Source: Candidatus Thorarchaeota archaeon SMTZ1-45 (lineage in GTDB: Archaea > Asgardarchaeota > Thorarchaeia > Thorarchaeales > Thorarchaeaceae). From it: DNA of 40,847 nucleotides. The notes below the pieces were generated by a model. The model saw nothing but the letters and a program-made list of their open reading frames with translations, did no database searches and was not told the origin of the DNA. This document shows, piece after piece, positions 22,962 to 31,928 of the stretch. Made by a program: the position numbers and the translations under genes. Each line of letters starts with the position of its first letter. The stretch's first letter is position 1. Location of the stretch: contig LRSL01000083.1 in NCBI GenBank assembly GCA_001563335.1, positions 1 through 40,847 of the forward strand. Direction: 5' to 3'.

Positions 22962-25238
22962 CTATTGTAGATAGAGGGCAATGGTTAAAGTTGCTGTACA
23001 ATACTTACAACGAATTGGGAGGCGTCTTCCCATCTCTTCAACTTGTTCAACTTCTAGCGGTGCACCACAGCGAAGACAGACCCAAGAATCCATTGTTTCA
23101 GCCAGTTCATCAATAGTAGTGGGGAGCATTGCTACATCTTCACCAAGTGCTTGAACTCTCACACATGAATGCCGTCCATTTTCTGGGCCACTTATTAGAA
23201 TGATGACTGCAACCTTTTTCTGAGTGTACTTTCCTTCTGCATATCCCCTGATTGTGCCAATGAATTCTCCACCCACAATGCGTTCTTCACTATCAATAAT
23301 ATGGAAATTCTTTGCAGGCAGGATTTTTTCCGCTTTTGTGAAAAGTACTTGAGCATTCCAGTCCAGTGTTTGTTCTTGCTGCGTTTTCTCAAGACCTGTC
23401 AATATGAACTCAAATGATTCAGATGTTTTCTTAGAAGGCTGAAGCAAGTCGCAGACTGATCTTATCAGATACGGTTCAACACTTACAGTATGTAGTTGAT
23501 CTAGGAAGTCAATATAAGATACAGTAGCTACTATTTTGCCCTGCACACAGTCTTTTGTTGGGTAGAGTGTGAATTGAGGGCTTCTAAAGCCACCAACTTC
23601 AATTCGTGATATCGTTTTGACATTTTCACCTGCTAGTTCCATGCAATCCTGTGGATATGCAACAATGGAAACAGTGACGTTGGTTATTACATAGCCACTA
23701 TCATTCCTCACCTTGACCTTGAAATCAAATTTGCCTCCAACAATCTCACACCCCCGGAAAACTGCAACTCCAGTTTCGCTATGATCAATTGTAGTAGAGG
23801 AATCCTCCAAAATAACAGGAAACTCCGGTTCAGACACCTCAATGGGAGGTTTAGTCTTATCCTCTTGGATTTCATTATACGCGGCTTGCATGGCTTCAGC
23901 ATGGTCAGGTGGAATTTCAAGTACAGTTTTTCCATGAAGCGGGCAAAGCAGAACAACTCGATCCTCACGAACATGAGGTTCAATATAGACGAGGTCGAGA
24001 GATTCGTAGCATTCAGGACACTGATAGAGCCTCTTGTATAACCCAGTTAGCGTTTTTTGATCCAATCCAGGAATGAACAATCTTTTACTTCGATGCCCAT
24101 TTCGGCATTCAACATCCAGCTCTATTAGATTGCGTCGTTCTTCAACATCGCGAACGTTCACTGGCATACTGCATTTTTCACAGCTCAGACTCCTAACGAT
24201 TGAAGGCATTCGGTCAATTAATACTTGGTTTTCTTCAACCAATTTGAAGACATCAGGTGGTACCTCACGTTTCATTACACCATGAACAGGACATACTATT
24301 CTAAATCCAACTTTCTTCTTTGTCTTCTTCTTGTCAAGGATATGAGTGAGATGACCACACTCATCACAGGTTAAGAGTGCAGTTGCAACACGTTGTACTA
24401 CTGACTCAGTCCAAGCTATTGGTAAAACTCTGTCTGGAGTGCTTTTTGTGCCAGGACAGATACATTTCAGCTTGTACCCTTGTTTATCTTCTTCAATACT
24501 TCTTATAGCGAGTGACCGACGGCAGTCATGAGAAGTAAGTGAAGATTTTACGACTGCATCATCAGGAATCTCAGATACAGCCTCTTGAAGGAGATCAATT
24601 TGAGTTGATAGAATATCCTTCTTTGATGTTCCATGAATAGGACATGATGTTGTAAGTCGTGCGGTATTCCCCCGCGTTTCTATATCAGTAATATGACCTG
24701 GTAAACCACATTTGTCACAATGGACAACTCGTTGTAGAATATTCTTTAGCAAGCTAATTTCTAGACTGCTGGGAAGATATCTTGTGGTTTTGTGACCATT
24801 CGCGCATCGAGTTTCTACTTCAAAAATACCTTGTCGCAAGTCAATCTCATTAACTGCGAATACTAACCCGCAATATGAGCATCTAAATGAGTCAATGATT
24901 GAACGAGGGCTGTCAATATCTGCACCTGCAAGTTCTACCATTGCATGAAAAGCACGAGGAAACTCACGCTTCTGCGGTCCATGTATTGGACAAAGAAAGA
25001 TACTCTCAATGCTATTTCCATGACCACGTTCCTCAATATGGGTCATATTAGAACCACATTCTGTACATGTATAGAGCCTTTTGAAAACTTCAGGAGCCAT
25101 ATCTTTAGCCTGATGTTCAGATAGTCGGCGAACGCTCTTGTGACCTCTCAGACATTGTACATTCATTGTCAGAATCTTATCTTTCATCTCAGCACTTCGA
25201 ATGTAAAGGGGTTCACTGCAGCTCTTGCACGAAAACAC
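22962..25238 (-). CDS. Multi-Cys3His metal-finger repeat protein with Ig-sandwich plus platform (adaptin/coatomer appendage-like) module and terminal zinc ribbon
   Basis: 8 repeats (the 5th degenerate); GGKFDFKVKVRN..ITNVTV beta-sandwich; terminal CLRC..CKYC; paralog of the neighbouring gene. Confidence 0.85.
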   Translation of the reverse strand: MFSCKSCSEPLYIRSAEMKDKILTMNVQCLRGHKSVRRLSEHQAKDMAPEVFKRLYTCTECGSNMTHIEERGHGNSIESIFLCPIHGPQKREFPRAFHAMVELAGADIDSPRSIIDSFRCSYCGLVFAVNEIDLRQGIFEVETRCANGHKTTRYLPSSLEISLLKNILQRVVHCDKCGLPGHITDIETRGNTARLTTSCPIHGTSKKDILSTQIDLLQEAVSEIPDDAVVKSSLTSHDCRRSLAIRSIEEDKQGYKLKCICPGTKSTPDRVLPIAWTESVVQRVATALLTCDECGHLTHILDKKKTKKKVGFRIVCPVHGVMKREVPPDVFKLVEENQVLIDRMPSIVRSLSCEKCSMPVNVRDVEERRNLIELDVECRNGHRSKRLFIPGLDQKTLTGLYKRLYQCPECYESLDLVYIEPHVREDRVVLLCPLHGKTVLEIPPDHAEAMQAAYNEIQEDKTKPPIEVSEPEFPVILEDSSTTIDHSETGVAVFRGCEIVGGKFDFKVKVRNDSGYVITNVTVSIVAYPQDCMELAGENVKTISRIEVGGFRSPQFTLYPTKDCVQGKIVATVSYIDFLDQLHTVSVEPYLIRSVCDLLQPSKKTSESFEFILTGLEKTQQEQTLDWNAQVLFTKAEKILPAKNFHIIDSEERIVGGEFIGTIRGYAEGKYTQKKVAVIILISGPENGRHSCVRVQALGEDVAMLPTTIDELAETMDSWVCLRCGAPLEVEQVEEMGRRLPIRCKYCTATLTIALYLQ

Positions 25239-25347
25239 TACTATACACCACTGAATGAAAGAGAGTTAGCAGGTACATTAGGTTTTCATGATAGACTATT
25301 AAGGGAATTTCAGGTGAGCTCTGCTTTTATGGTTCTTTTCCCATCGT

Positions 25348-25866
25348 TTACTCTTCAAAAGTGTCAGAGTTCTCAGAAGAATCCTCATCCTCTTCTATAT
25401 CCTCAACTACCTTTTTTCCTGGGCTCTTTGATGTTTCTCTCTTTTTCTTCGATTCAATGAAATCTTCTAAATCCTTAACAATTGGGATATCAGCCCTTTG
25501 AAGAGCTAATGAAGAACCATAGAATAAAATCAGGATTCCACCAAAAACGATCATAGCGGGACCGATAAACCATCCTACTACAGGTACTAGGAATATATAG
25601 TATCCTAATACTTGAATAAGTCCACCTATCAGCAATCCAGGAAAAGCGATGTTGACAGGTTTCGTCATCGCAGACTGTACTGTTAGAATGCAAGTAAGTC
25701 CAAACCCGACAACTGTGAAGAAAACGCCTATAAATTGGATAAAGAAGCCCAAGTACCAAATAATGGCTCCAATCAATATCATTACAATGTTTTGTGATGT
25801 TGTTAATTGTTCAAATACTTCTAGTGGCTTGTCATCCATTTTCCTCACCAATACTGTTGCGTACAT
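25348..25866 (-). CDS. Hypothetical membrane protein (~4 TM) with basic then acidic tail
   Basis: Two similar TM hairpins; tail KKKRE...DIEEDEDSSE. Confidence 0.75.
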   Translation of the reverse strand: MYATVLVRKMDDKPLEVFEQLTTSQNIVMILIGAIIWYLGFFIQFIGVFFTVVGFGLTCILTVQSAMTKPVNIAFPGLLIGGLIQVLGYYIFLVPVVGWFIGPAMIVFGGILILFYGSSLALQRADIPIVKDLEDFIESKKKRETSKSPGKKVVEDIEEDEDSSENSDTFEE

Positions 25867-25899
25867 CGCGAGATATTATGTATTGTGGAATATGAGAAG

Positions 25900-27174
25900 C
25901 TACTGACTTCCAGTTGTGTCAACACTCTCAAGAACTCTATCTGCAGGTTTCTTTAGCTTAGTTCGATACCCACGGGTTGTGTACACACGCACCGGCTTTA
26001 GGATTCTCGAGAAGCTTCTGGCCATTGGGCTCAAGTCAGTAGCATGCCAAAACTCGTAGCCACTGGAACCTCGTTCAAAGAGAACAAGATCTTCAAAACC
26101 GAATCGTCCAGGATAGAATGTTACAGATGCTCGGTCAGGATAGTCAATGTAGACATTACTTGGATCAATACCAGCATCATCTGCAATCTCTTTTTCCAGT
26201 GAATATAGTCCATCAGCTGTTGCTAGCTTTCCTAGGAATGTCGGGTCTGAAATAGCTCTTGAGCTAACTAGCTTGATGAGATTCCTTCTTCTAAAGTCAT
26301 TATAGATAGCTTTTGCCACTTTCATCTCATCAGTGTCATCAGGTGTGATATGGAGCAACTGGTATAGAAACGATAAATCATCACACCTCAGAAATGATTC
26401 AAGATCCTCGGTAGGTAGAGAAACCAATTGAGACCCGACCTCATCTAAAATCCTAAGAAGCATAAGTTCCGCTGCACGAACGGTCTTATGGAAATAGACA
26501 GCCTCAAACATGTTGGCTGCAGCAGACAAGTAAGATTCTAGTGTGAACAGAGAACTTCGTTCAACTGCAATCTTGTTCTTTGCTATCCTAGTAGCAGAGA
26601 ATAGTCTTCTGAATTCGAGCTGTGCATATTCCACTCCTGCAAAGTATGAGTCTCGTTCAAGGTCATCTATAAGCTCAGGATTGATTGGACAGTGAATGAG
26701 GTCAATATTAATCCCTCTTATGGGAATTCCTTTGTGAATGAGGTCAATTACTTCATTTTTAGTGAAGCCATGATTTTCAACAATATCTCCAACTTTGGAC
26801 TGTCCGACGATTAACTTCACAATCCTGGGACGAGTTATGCCTCGTACAGAGAGAAATTCCTCAGATACATTTCCCCAAGGACCATTGGTCAGCATTAGAA
26901 GCAATGACGCAAGTCTACCCTTGAGAACTTCATCAACATCACCACCCAAGTACTCGAGGAAAACCTCGGTCATGTGCATGAACCCTAGTGTTCTACCCAT
27001 CAAAGACGTAGCAGCACCAGGATAAACCAGTGATAGTCCTGCAGGACTCTGAATGTACCGAAGTCTTTGACTCAATCGTAAATCGATGATCTCCTTTTCT
27101 AGAGCAGTCAAAGCGATATATCCATGGATTGGGTCTTTGATTTCGATGACTATGGGGAAATCTGTCAATGGCAT
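25900..27174 (-). CDS. SAMHD1/dNTP triphosphohydrolase-like HD-domain protein, catalytically degenerate
   Basis: IKDPIHGYI, QRLRYIQ, VYPGA, RDSYFAGV and VYFHKTVRAAE retained; metal ligands absent. Confidence 0.85.
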   Translation of the reverse strand: MPLTDFPIVIEIKDPIHGYIALTALEKEIIDLRLSQRLRYIQSPAGLSLVYPGAATSLMGRTLGFMHMTEVFLEYLGGDVDEVLKGRLASLLLMLTNGPWGNVSEEFLSVRGITRPRIVKLIVGQSKVGDIVENHGFTKNEVIDLIHKGIPIRGINIDLIHCPINPELIDDLERDSYFAGVEYAQLEFRRLFSATRIAKNKIAVERSSLFTLESYLSAAANMFEAVYFHKTVRAAELMLLRILDEVGSQLVSLPTEDLESFLRCDDLSFLYQLLHITPDDTDEMKVAKAIYNDFRRRNLIKLVSSRAISDPTFLGKLATADGLYSLEKEIADDAGIDPSNVYIDYPDRASVTFYPGRFGFEDLVLFERGSSGYEFWHATDLSPMARSFSRILKPVRVYTTRGYRTKLKKPADRVLESVDTTGSQ

Positions 27175-27269
27175 GTATTATTCAACCGTCTTTTTGGTCA
27201 CTTTAGAGATATAAAAAACCCTGAAATACTTGCCTCTCTTTGTTCATACGAGAACCTTCTTGAGGAGAT

Positions 27270-29138
27270 TTGTCAAAGCGAAACATCATGAGAAGACAGT
27301 GGGTTTTGCTTTTCCTGGTGCTGTTGTTTTGTACCAGTACAGTTGCAGTAGGAGATCCAAAACCCATAAGCATGGTTGTGGAACCCGCTAGAGATGCTCA
27401 GTCTCAAAAAACTATACAGAGAGTCTATGGCACAGACCTCTCGGAAATAATCTACTCAGCTGTTACACTTTTAGAGTATCGGAAATTTGTGAAGGAAATA
27501 TCTGAAAATGGTTCGAGATTCATTACTACTTCAGGTGAAACAAGGTTAGAAAATAATCATAATGCAAGAGAGTATATCAAGCAAAAGCTAGTTGAACTTT
27601 CAAAGGGCAGAATCGAAGTTGAAGAAATTGGTAGTTACAAGAATGTTGTTGGGAAATTGCCAGGGTATCTCCCTGGTAATAACCCAGCACTTGCAATTTC
27701 AGCTCACTACGACTCGCCTGAAGGCTCACCAGGTGCTAATTGTGATGGCAGTGGAATCGCTGCAGTTCTAGAGCTTTCAAGGGTTATGTCTCAATATCGA
27801 TGGCCACTTGATATATACTTCATAGCATTCAATGGTCTATTCGGTTTTCGATTCATGCAAGGGAGTCCAGAGGTGGCTATTGAGTTTAGAAACAGAAACT
27901 TAGAGTTCTTGATATTTTATAATGTCGATACAATTCTGGTCCAAAACCCAGAATCTCCATCTGATGAGCGAATTCTAATGGGATATGGGACATTAGGACA
28001 GTCAGATTATCATCGTGGGCAATACTGGGCGGAGTTAGCGCGTACGATGAGCACTAATATCGGCGACGACCTAATAGTTCCAGTTCCCTCTGGGATTTTT
28101 CCATTCTGGACTGCTTCTGATCATTATGCATTATTTAATAGAGATTTCAATGCTATCTGTGCTTTTGAATCGGGTTTTGCAGTTGATTCTTCATTTCATA
28201 GAGGAAATGACACTTGGAGTAATCCTCTAATTGACTACAACTTAGGTGTAGAAACAACTGCAGTCATAGGTGCGAGCATGGCACATATTATGGGGCGTAC
28301 ATATGGTGAACAGACGGAATTGAAATATGATTTCATAATGGGCGTCCGTAGACAAGAAGTCTTCTACATACCAGTCACTACTCCAACTACATTGAATCTC
28401 ACTGTTAGGTGGTTCGGTGGCTCTTCCTCATTCTTATTATTAGATCCGTCAGAGGGACTTGTTGCATTGCAAACCTATAATCACTCTTCAGCATGGAACC
28501 AAACCAATGTATTCAGTCCATTTGTGTCGACAAAGGGATTATACACATTGATTGTACAGAAAGATCATTACGATCCAGTTGGCTACGAAATGCAAATCAC
28601 CTATCAAACAGACATTGATGGTAATAGTGTTAAGGATAGTCAGGAATATTGGATTGATCAAGCTCTTTTTGCTTCGGACCAAGATAGCGATGGTCTTAGT
28701 GATGCTGAAGAGATTCTGTATGGTACTGATATGTTGAATTCTGATTCTGATGGAGACACAATGCCTGATAAATTCGAGATTGATGTGGGTCTTGATCCCA
28801 ACAATCCAGCAGATGGAAATCAGGATGCGGATGGTGACAATCTGAGTAATGCTCAAGAGTATTCAAGGGGATTGAACCTATTCTCAATCGATTCAGACTC
28901 AGATTTAATGGATGATCTCTGGGAAGTAGAAAATGGGTTGGACCCGCTAGTTGATGATTCGATGCTTGATCTAGATGGTGATGGAATCACGAATCTCCAA
29001 GAGTATCTAAATGGAACCAATCCCCAAATTCCTGAAGCGATGGAAACAACAGTAATATGGATTGCCACACCAGTCTTAGTCATTGCTGGAATCAGTGCAT
29101 TTGTTTATGTTCTTAAACGAAGAGAAACATGGAATTAG
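27270..29138 (+). CDS. Secreted, membrane-anchored M28 peptidase homolog (probably inactive) with DxDxDG Ca-binding repeats
   Basis: Signal peptide; SAHYDS, GANCDG, FNGLFG in place of the EE motif, SDH; D.D.DG..D..E repeats; C-terminal TM followed by KRR. Confidence 0.85.
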   Translation: MSKRNIMRRQWVLLFLVLLFCTSTVAVGDPKPISMVVEPARDAQSQKTIQRVYGTDLSEIIYSAVTLLEYRKFVKEISENGSRFITTSGETRLENNHNAREYIKQKLVELSKGRIEVEEIGSYKNVVGKLPGYLPGNNPALAISAHYDSPEGSPGANCDGSGIAAVLELSRVMSQYRWPLDIYFIAFNGLFGFRFMQGSPEVAIEFRNRNLEFLIFYNVDTILVQNPESPSDERILMGYGTLGQSDYHRGQYWAELARTMSTNIGDDLIVPVPSGIFPFWTASDHYALFNRDFNAICAFESGFAVDSSFHRGNDTWSNPLIDYNLGVETTAVIGASMAHIMGRTYGEQTELKYDFIMGVRRQEVFYIPVTTPTTLNLTVRWFGGSSSFLLLDPSEGLVALQTYNHSSAWNQTNVFSPFVSTKGLYTLIVQKDHYDPVGYEMQITYQTDIDGNSVKDSQEYWIDQALFASDQDSDGLSDAEEILYGTDMLNSDSDGDTMPDKFEIDVGLDPNNPADGNQDADGDNLSNAQEYSRGLNLFSIDSDSDLMDDLWEVENGLDPLVDDSMLDLDGDGITNLQEYLNGTNPQIPEAMETTVIWIATPVLVIAGISAFVYVLKRRETWN

Positions 29139-29150
29139 AGAGGACATTGC

Positions 29151-30974
29151 ATGAAACAAGACCCGCTAATCTTCATCATTTGCATGATTCTACTTGTAAG
29201 TCCTATCAATGGGATATCGCTAACAGTGATTGATACGCATACTGATTTGCATACACTCGCTCCAGTTGGAATCGAGAGAGTTTATAGCACTGATTACTCA
29301 CACGAGGTCTTTGAGTTGGTATCACTGACCCATTTTAGGAATTTCATCATAAAGCTCACTGAAAATGGATCAAGACCAGCAGGAATACCATCTAACTTGG
29401 GAGGAAACAATGTTGCTGCAAGAAACTGGATTGCCAATGAATTACAATCAGTTTCCAAGGGTAGAATCGAAGTTGAAGTATTGGGACATTATGCATCGGT
29501 TCTAGGTAAGCTTCCAGGTTATCTTCCAGTGGATGCTCCAGCATTAATGGTTGGAGGACATTATGATTCGGTTGAAGCTGCACCTGGAGCAAATGATGAT
29601 GGAACGGGAATAGCTACCGCTCTTGAACTTGCCAGAGTTATGTCAAAATACAATTGGCCGCTAGACATTTATTTTGGAGCTTGGAATGCCGAAGAAGATG
29701 GTCTGTTGGGGAGCAGAGAGGTCGCGGCTATCTTGAGAGATAGAGGTGTTGAACTGCTAGCATACTATAACGTGGACATGTTACTTGTACCTGACCCAGC
29801 AGCTCCCCCAGGAGGAGATGTTCTGATGGCATTTCCAATAGGAGATTATCATCTTGGGAAATATTGGGCAGACCTAACAAGAGTAATGAGTAATAATTAT
29901 GGACTCCATAGTATTCAACCAGTAGCCTCCAATGATTTCTCAGGGTGGGAGCGTTCTGACCATTGGCCATTTGTACAGAGAGGGTATACAGCACTATTTG
30001 CACATGAAAGTGGGTTTGCTTACGATACAGCATATCATTCTCCAAGTGATGTTTGGTACAACCCACTCTATAATTATGAAATTGCTATTGATACAGTCAA
30101 AGCGATAGGTGGTGCAATGGCGTTCACAATGGCGAGGGCGTTTGGGGAACCAACAACCCATGATATCTCATTCACCTTACAGGAGGATCAGAATAGGACC
30201 TATATGTTTGCCATTAGTACTCCTACGATTGTTAATGTAACTTGTCGCTGGTTTGGAGGAGGGACATCTATCTCACTTTATGACACAAATAATCAGTTAA
30301 TCACTCAAATGGTTGATGATGAAGCATCACCTTGGGTTCAAACACAGATAATTAGTCAGAGCGTTGTTTCTGAAGGTATCTATAGGTTATTCATCGCCAA
30401 CAATGGGGATAGAAGTGTTGGACATGAGATGGTCTTGACTTATTATTCTGATATTGATGGTAATGATATTCTTGACAATGAAGAGTTTTGGTTTGACCAA
30501 GAGTACTTCACAATGGATTCAGATTTGGACTCGATAAGTGATGGTCAGGAGATGATTCTAGGTACAAATCATGAATCAAACGATTCGGATTCTGATACGA
30601 TGCCAGACTCTTGGGAGATAGAAAATGGACTTGACCCATTAGACCCAAGTGACGCAGCAGGAGACAATGATGAAGATGGTGTCATAAATACCATGGAATA
30701 TGAATACAATTGTAATCCCAATAACTCAGACTCTGATTCAGATGCAATGCCAGACCTTTGGGAGATTGAGAACGGTCTTAATCCAGTACTGGATGATTCA
30801 TTGGATGACCCAGATAATGATGCTGTCACTAACATCCAAGAATATCTGGATGGAACAGATCCTCAATTCGCAGAGCTAAGACCAGAACGTCTAGTGGGGC
30901 CAACACTTGCTTTTGTGTCAGTTGCTGCCATTGCAATAATAGCTTATCATGGAGTTCGTAAAAAAATTGGATAA
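29151..30974 (+). CDS. Secreted, membrane-anchored M28 aminopeptidase with DxDxDG Ca-binding repeats
   Basis: GGHYDS, PGANDDGTG, NAEEDGLLGS, NVDM, SDH, YHSPSD all intact; C-terminal TM followed by RKK. Confidence 0.9.
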   Translation: MKQDPLIFIICMILLVSPINGISLTVIDTHTDLHTLAPVGIERVYSTDYSHEVFELVSLTHFRNFIIKLTENGSRPAGIPSNLGGNNVAARNWIANELQSVSKGRIEVEVLGHYASVLGKLPGYLPVDAPALMVGGHYDSVEAAPGANDDGTGIATALELARVMSKYNWPLDIYFGAWNAEEDGLLGSREVAAILRDRGVELLAYYNVDMLLVPDPAAPPGGDVLMAFPIGDYHLGKYWADLTRVMSNNYGLHSIQPVASNDFSGWERSDHWPFVQRGYTALFAHESGFAYDTAYHSPSDVWYNPLYNYEIAIDTVKAIGGAMAFTMARAFGEPTTHDISFTLQEDQNRTYMFAISTPTIVNVTCRWFGGGTSISLYDTNNQLITQMVDDEASPWVQTQIISQSVVSEGIYRLFIANNGDRSVGHEMVLTYYSDIDGNDILDNEEFWFDQEYFTMDSDLDSISDGQEMILGTNHESNDSDSDTMPDSWEIENGLDPLDPSDAAGDNDEDGVINTMEYEYNCNPNNSDSDSDAMPDLWEIENGLNPVLDDSLDDPDNDAVTNIQEYLDGTDPQFAELRPERLVGPTLAFVSVAAIAIIAYHGVRKKIG

Positions 30975-31049
30975 TAATCCAAGAAGGTCACTTGCTAAAG
31001 ATTCAAATTACCCATAAACAACCGCAAACAAGGGACCGGTGAGAAGGTA

Positions 31050-31928
31050 TTGTTCGTTCCGAGCAGGAGGTCGTTACGATTAGTCGAAATTCAGGAGAGT
31101 GTTCTTCCTGAAGATGAGTGGCTGATAGGAATCTCTGACCTCGGATATTTCAAAGGAGTTGGATACTCCATGCCTATCGTCAATGAGTATGGCGATGAGA
31201 ATGATTTAGGTAACCTCTATGCGTTCCTGCCAGGGTTATTCTATTGTTCATCTCAACAGACATCGGTTGATGCTGTGTTAATTGAGGTTACTCACAAAAG
31301 CCTATCAGGAGTTATGCTTCCTAGCTTCAGACCTGAGGATGTTAGAACATTTGATGTGAGTGGCGGATTATACTTAGATGAGAAAGGGAAAATCAAACCG
31401 GTTGAATTGACAACGGACACCCTTGGAAGTTTTGGGGTGGAGTCTTTTCTAAGAGACTCTGGGTTAAAGCAGGAAGCATTCAATTACAAGAGGGAGGTCC
31501 AGATTGCTTCTCATCTTGCTGGGATAGTCCCACTGAGTGAACTGAAAAAAGCCTACGTTTCTAGCTCATTCTTACAATCAAGACTCATGAAGTTGCTCGA
31601 TGATATTCAGTTCTATGGACTCAAACCTCGAAAGAGAGTTTATGTGAGAAACAGAAACCATCCCTATGGTACTGTGGTTGATGTGAAGTACGGAGGTCTT
31701 GATGATGAAACTAAGTTCGAAACTGGAGTGAGACTTAGAATTCCCGATGATTTGAGATTAGAAAAGGAACTGAGCAATCTTTCATTTTCAAAAATGGTCG
31801 ATTCCGGGGTTGAGATAGATGTAGAGAGAGCAATCCTTGACATGTTGTTATACGTCAGGTTCGAACTAGAGGGTAATGTGAATCACAAAGATGTCTTGAA
31901 GAAACTGTTTGAGGAGGAATCTGGTTGA
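31050..31928 (+). CDS. Hypothetical protein
   Basis: 292-aa ORF, GGTGA upstream, 4-nt overlap with the next ORF. Confidence 0.75.
   Translation: MFVPSRRSLRLVEIQESVLPEDEWLIGISDLGYFKGVGYSMPIVNEYGDENDLGNLYAFLPGLFYCSSQQTSVDAVLIEVTHKSLSGVMLPSFRPEDVRTFDVSGGLYLDEKGKIKPVELTTDTLGSFGVESFLRDSGLKQEAFNYKREVQIASHLAGIVPLSELKKAYVSSSFLQSRLMKLLDDIQFYGLKPRKRVYVRNRNHPYGTVVDVKYGGLDDETKFETGVRLRIPDDLRLEKELSNLSFSKMVDSGVEIDVERAILDMLLYVRFELEGNVNHKDVLKKLFEEESG

Noticed and set aside
21024-25238. Multiheme cytochrome c
   Set aside because: The motifs are CxxC followed distantly by CxxGH/CPxHG rather than repeated CxxCH, and there is no signal peptide; the single CHKCH is incidental
28610-30865. Asp-rich nucleotide repeats as a DNA repeat array
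   Set aside because: They are coding DxDxDG calcium-binding repeats within the M28 proteins
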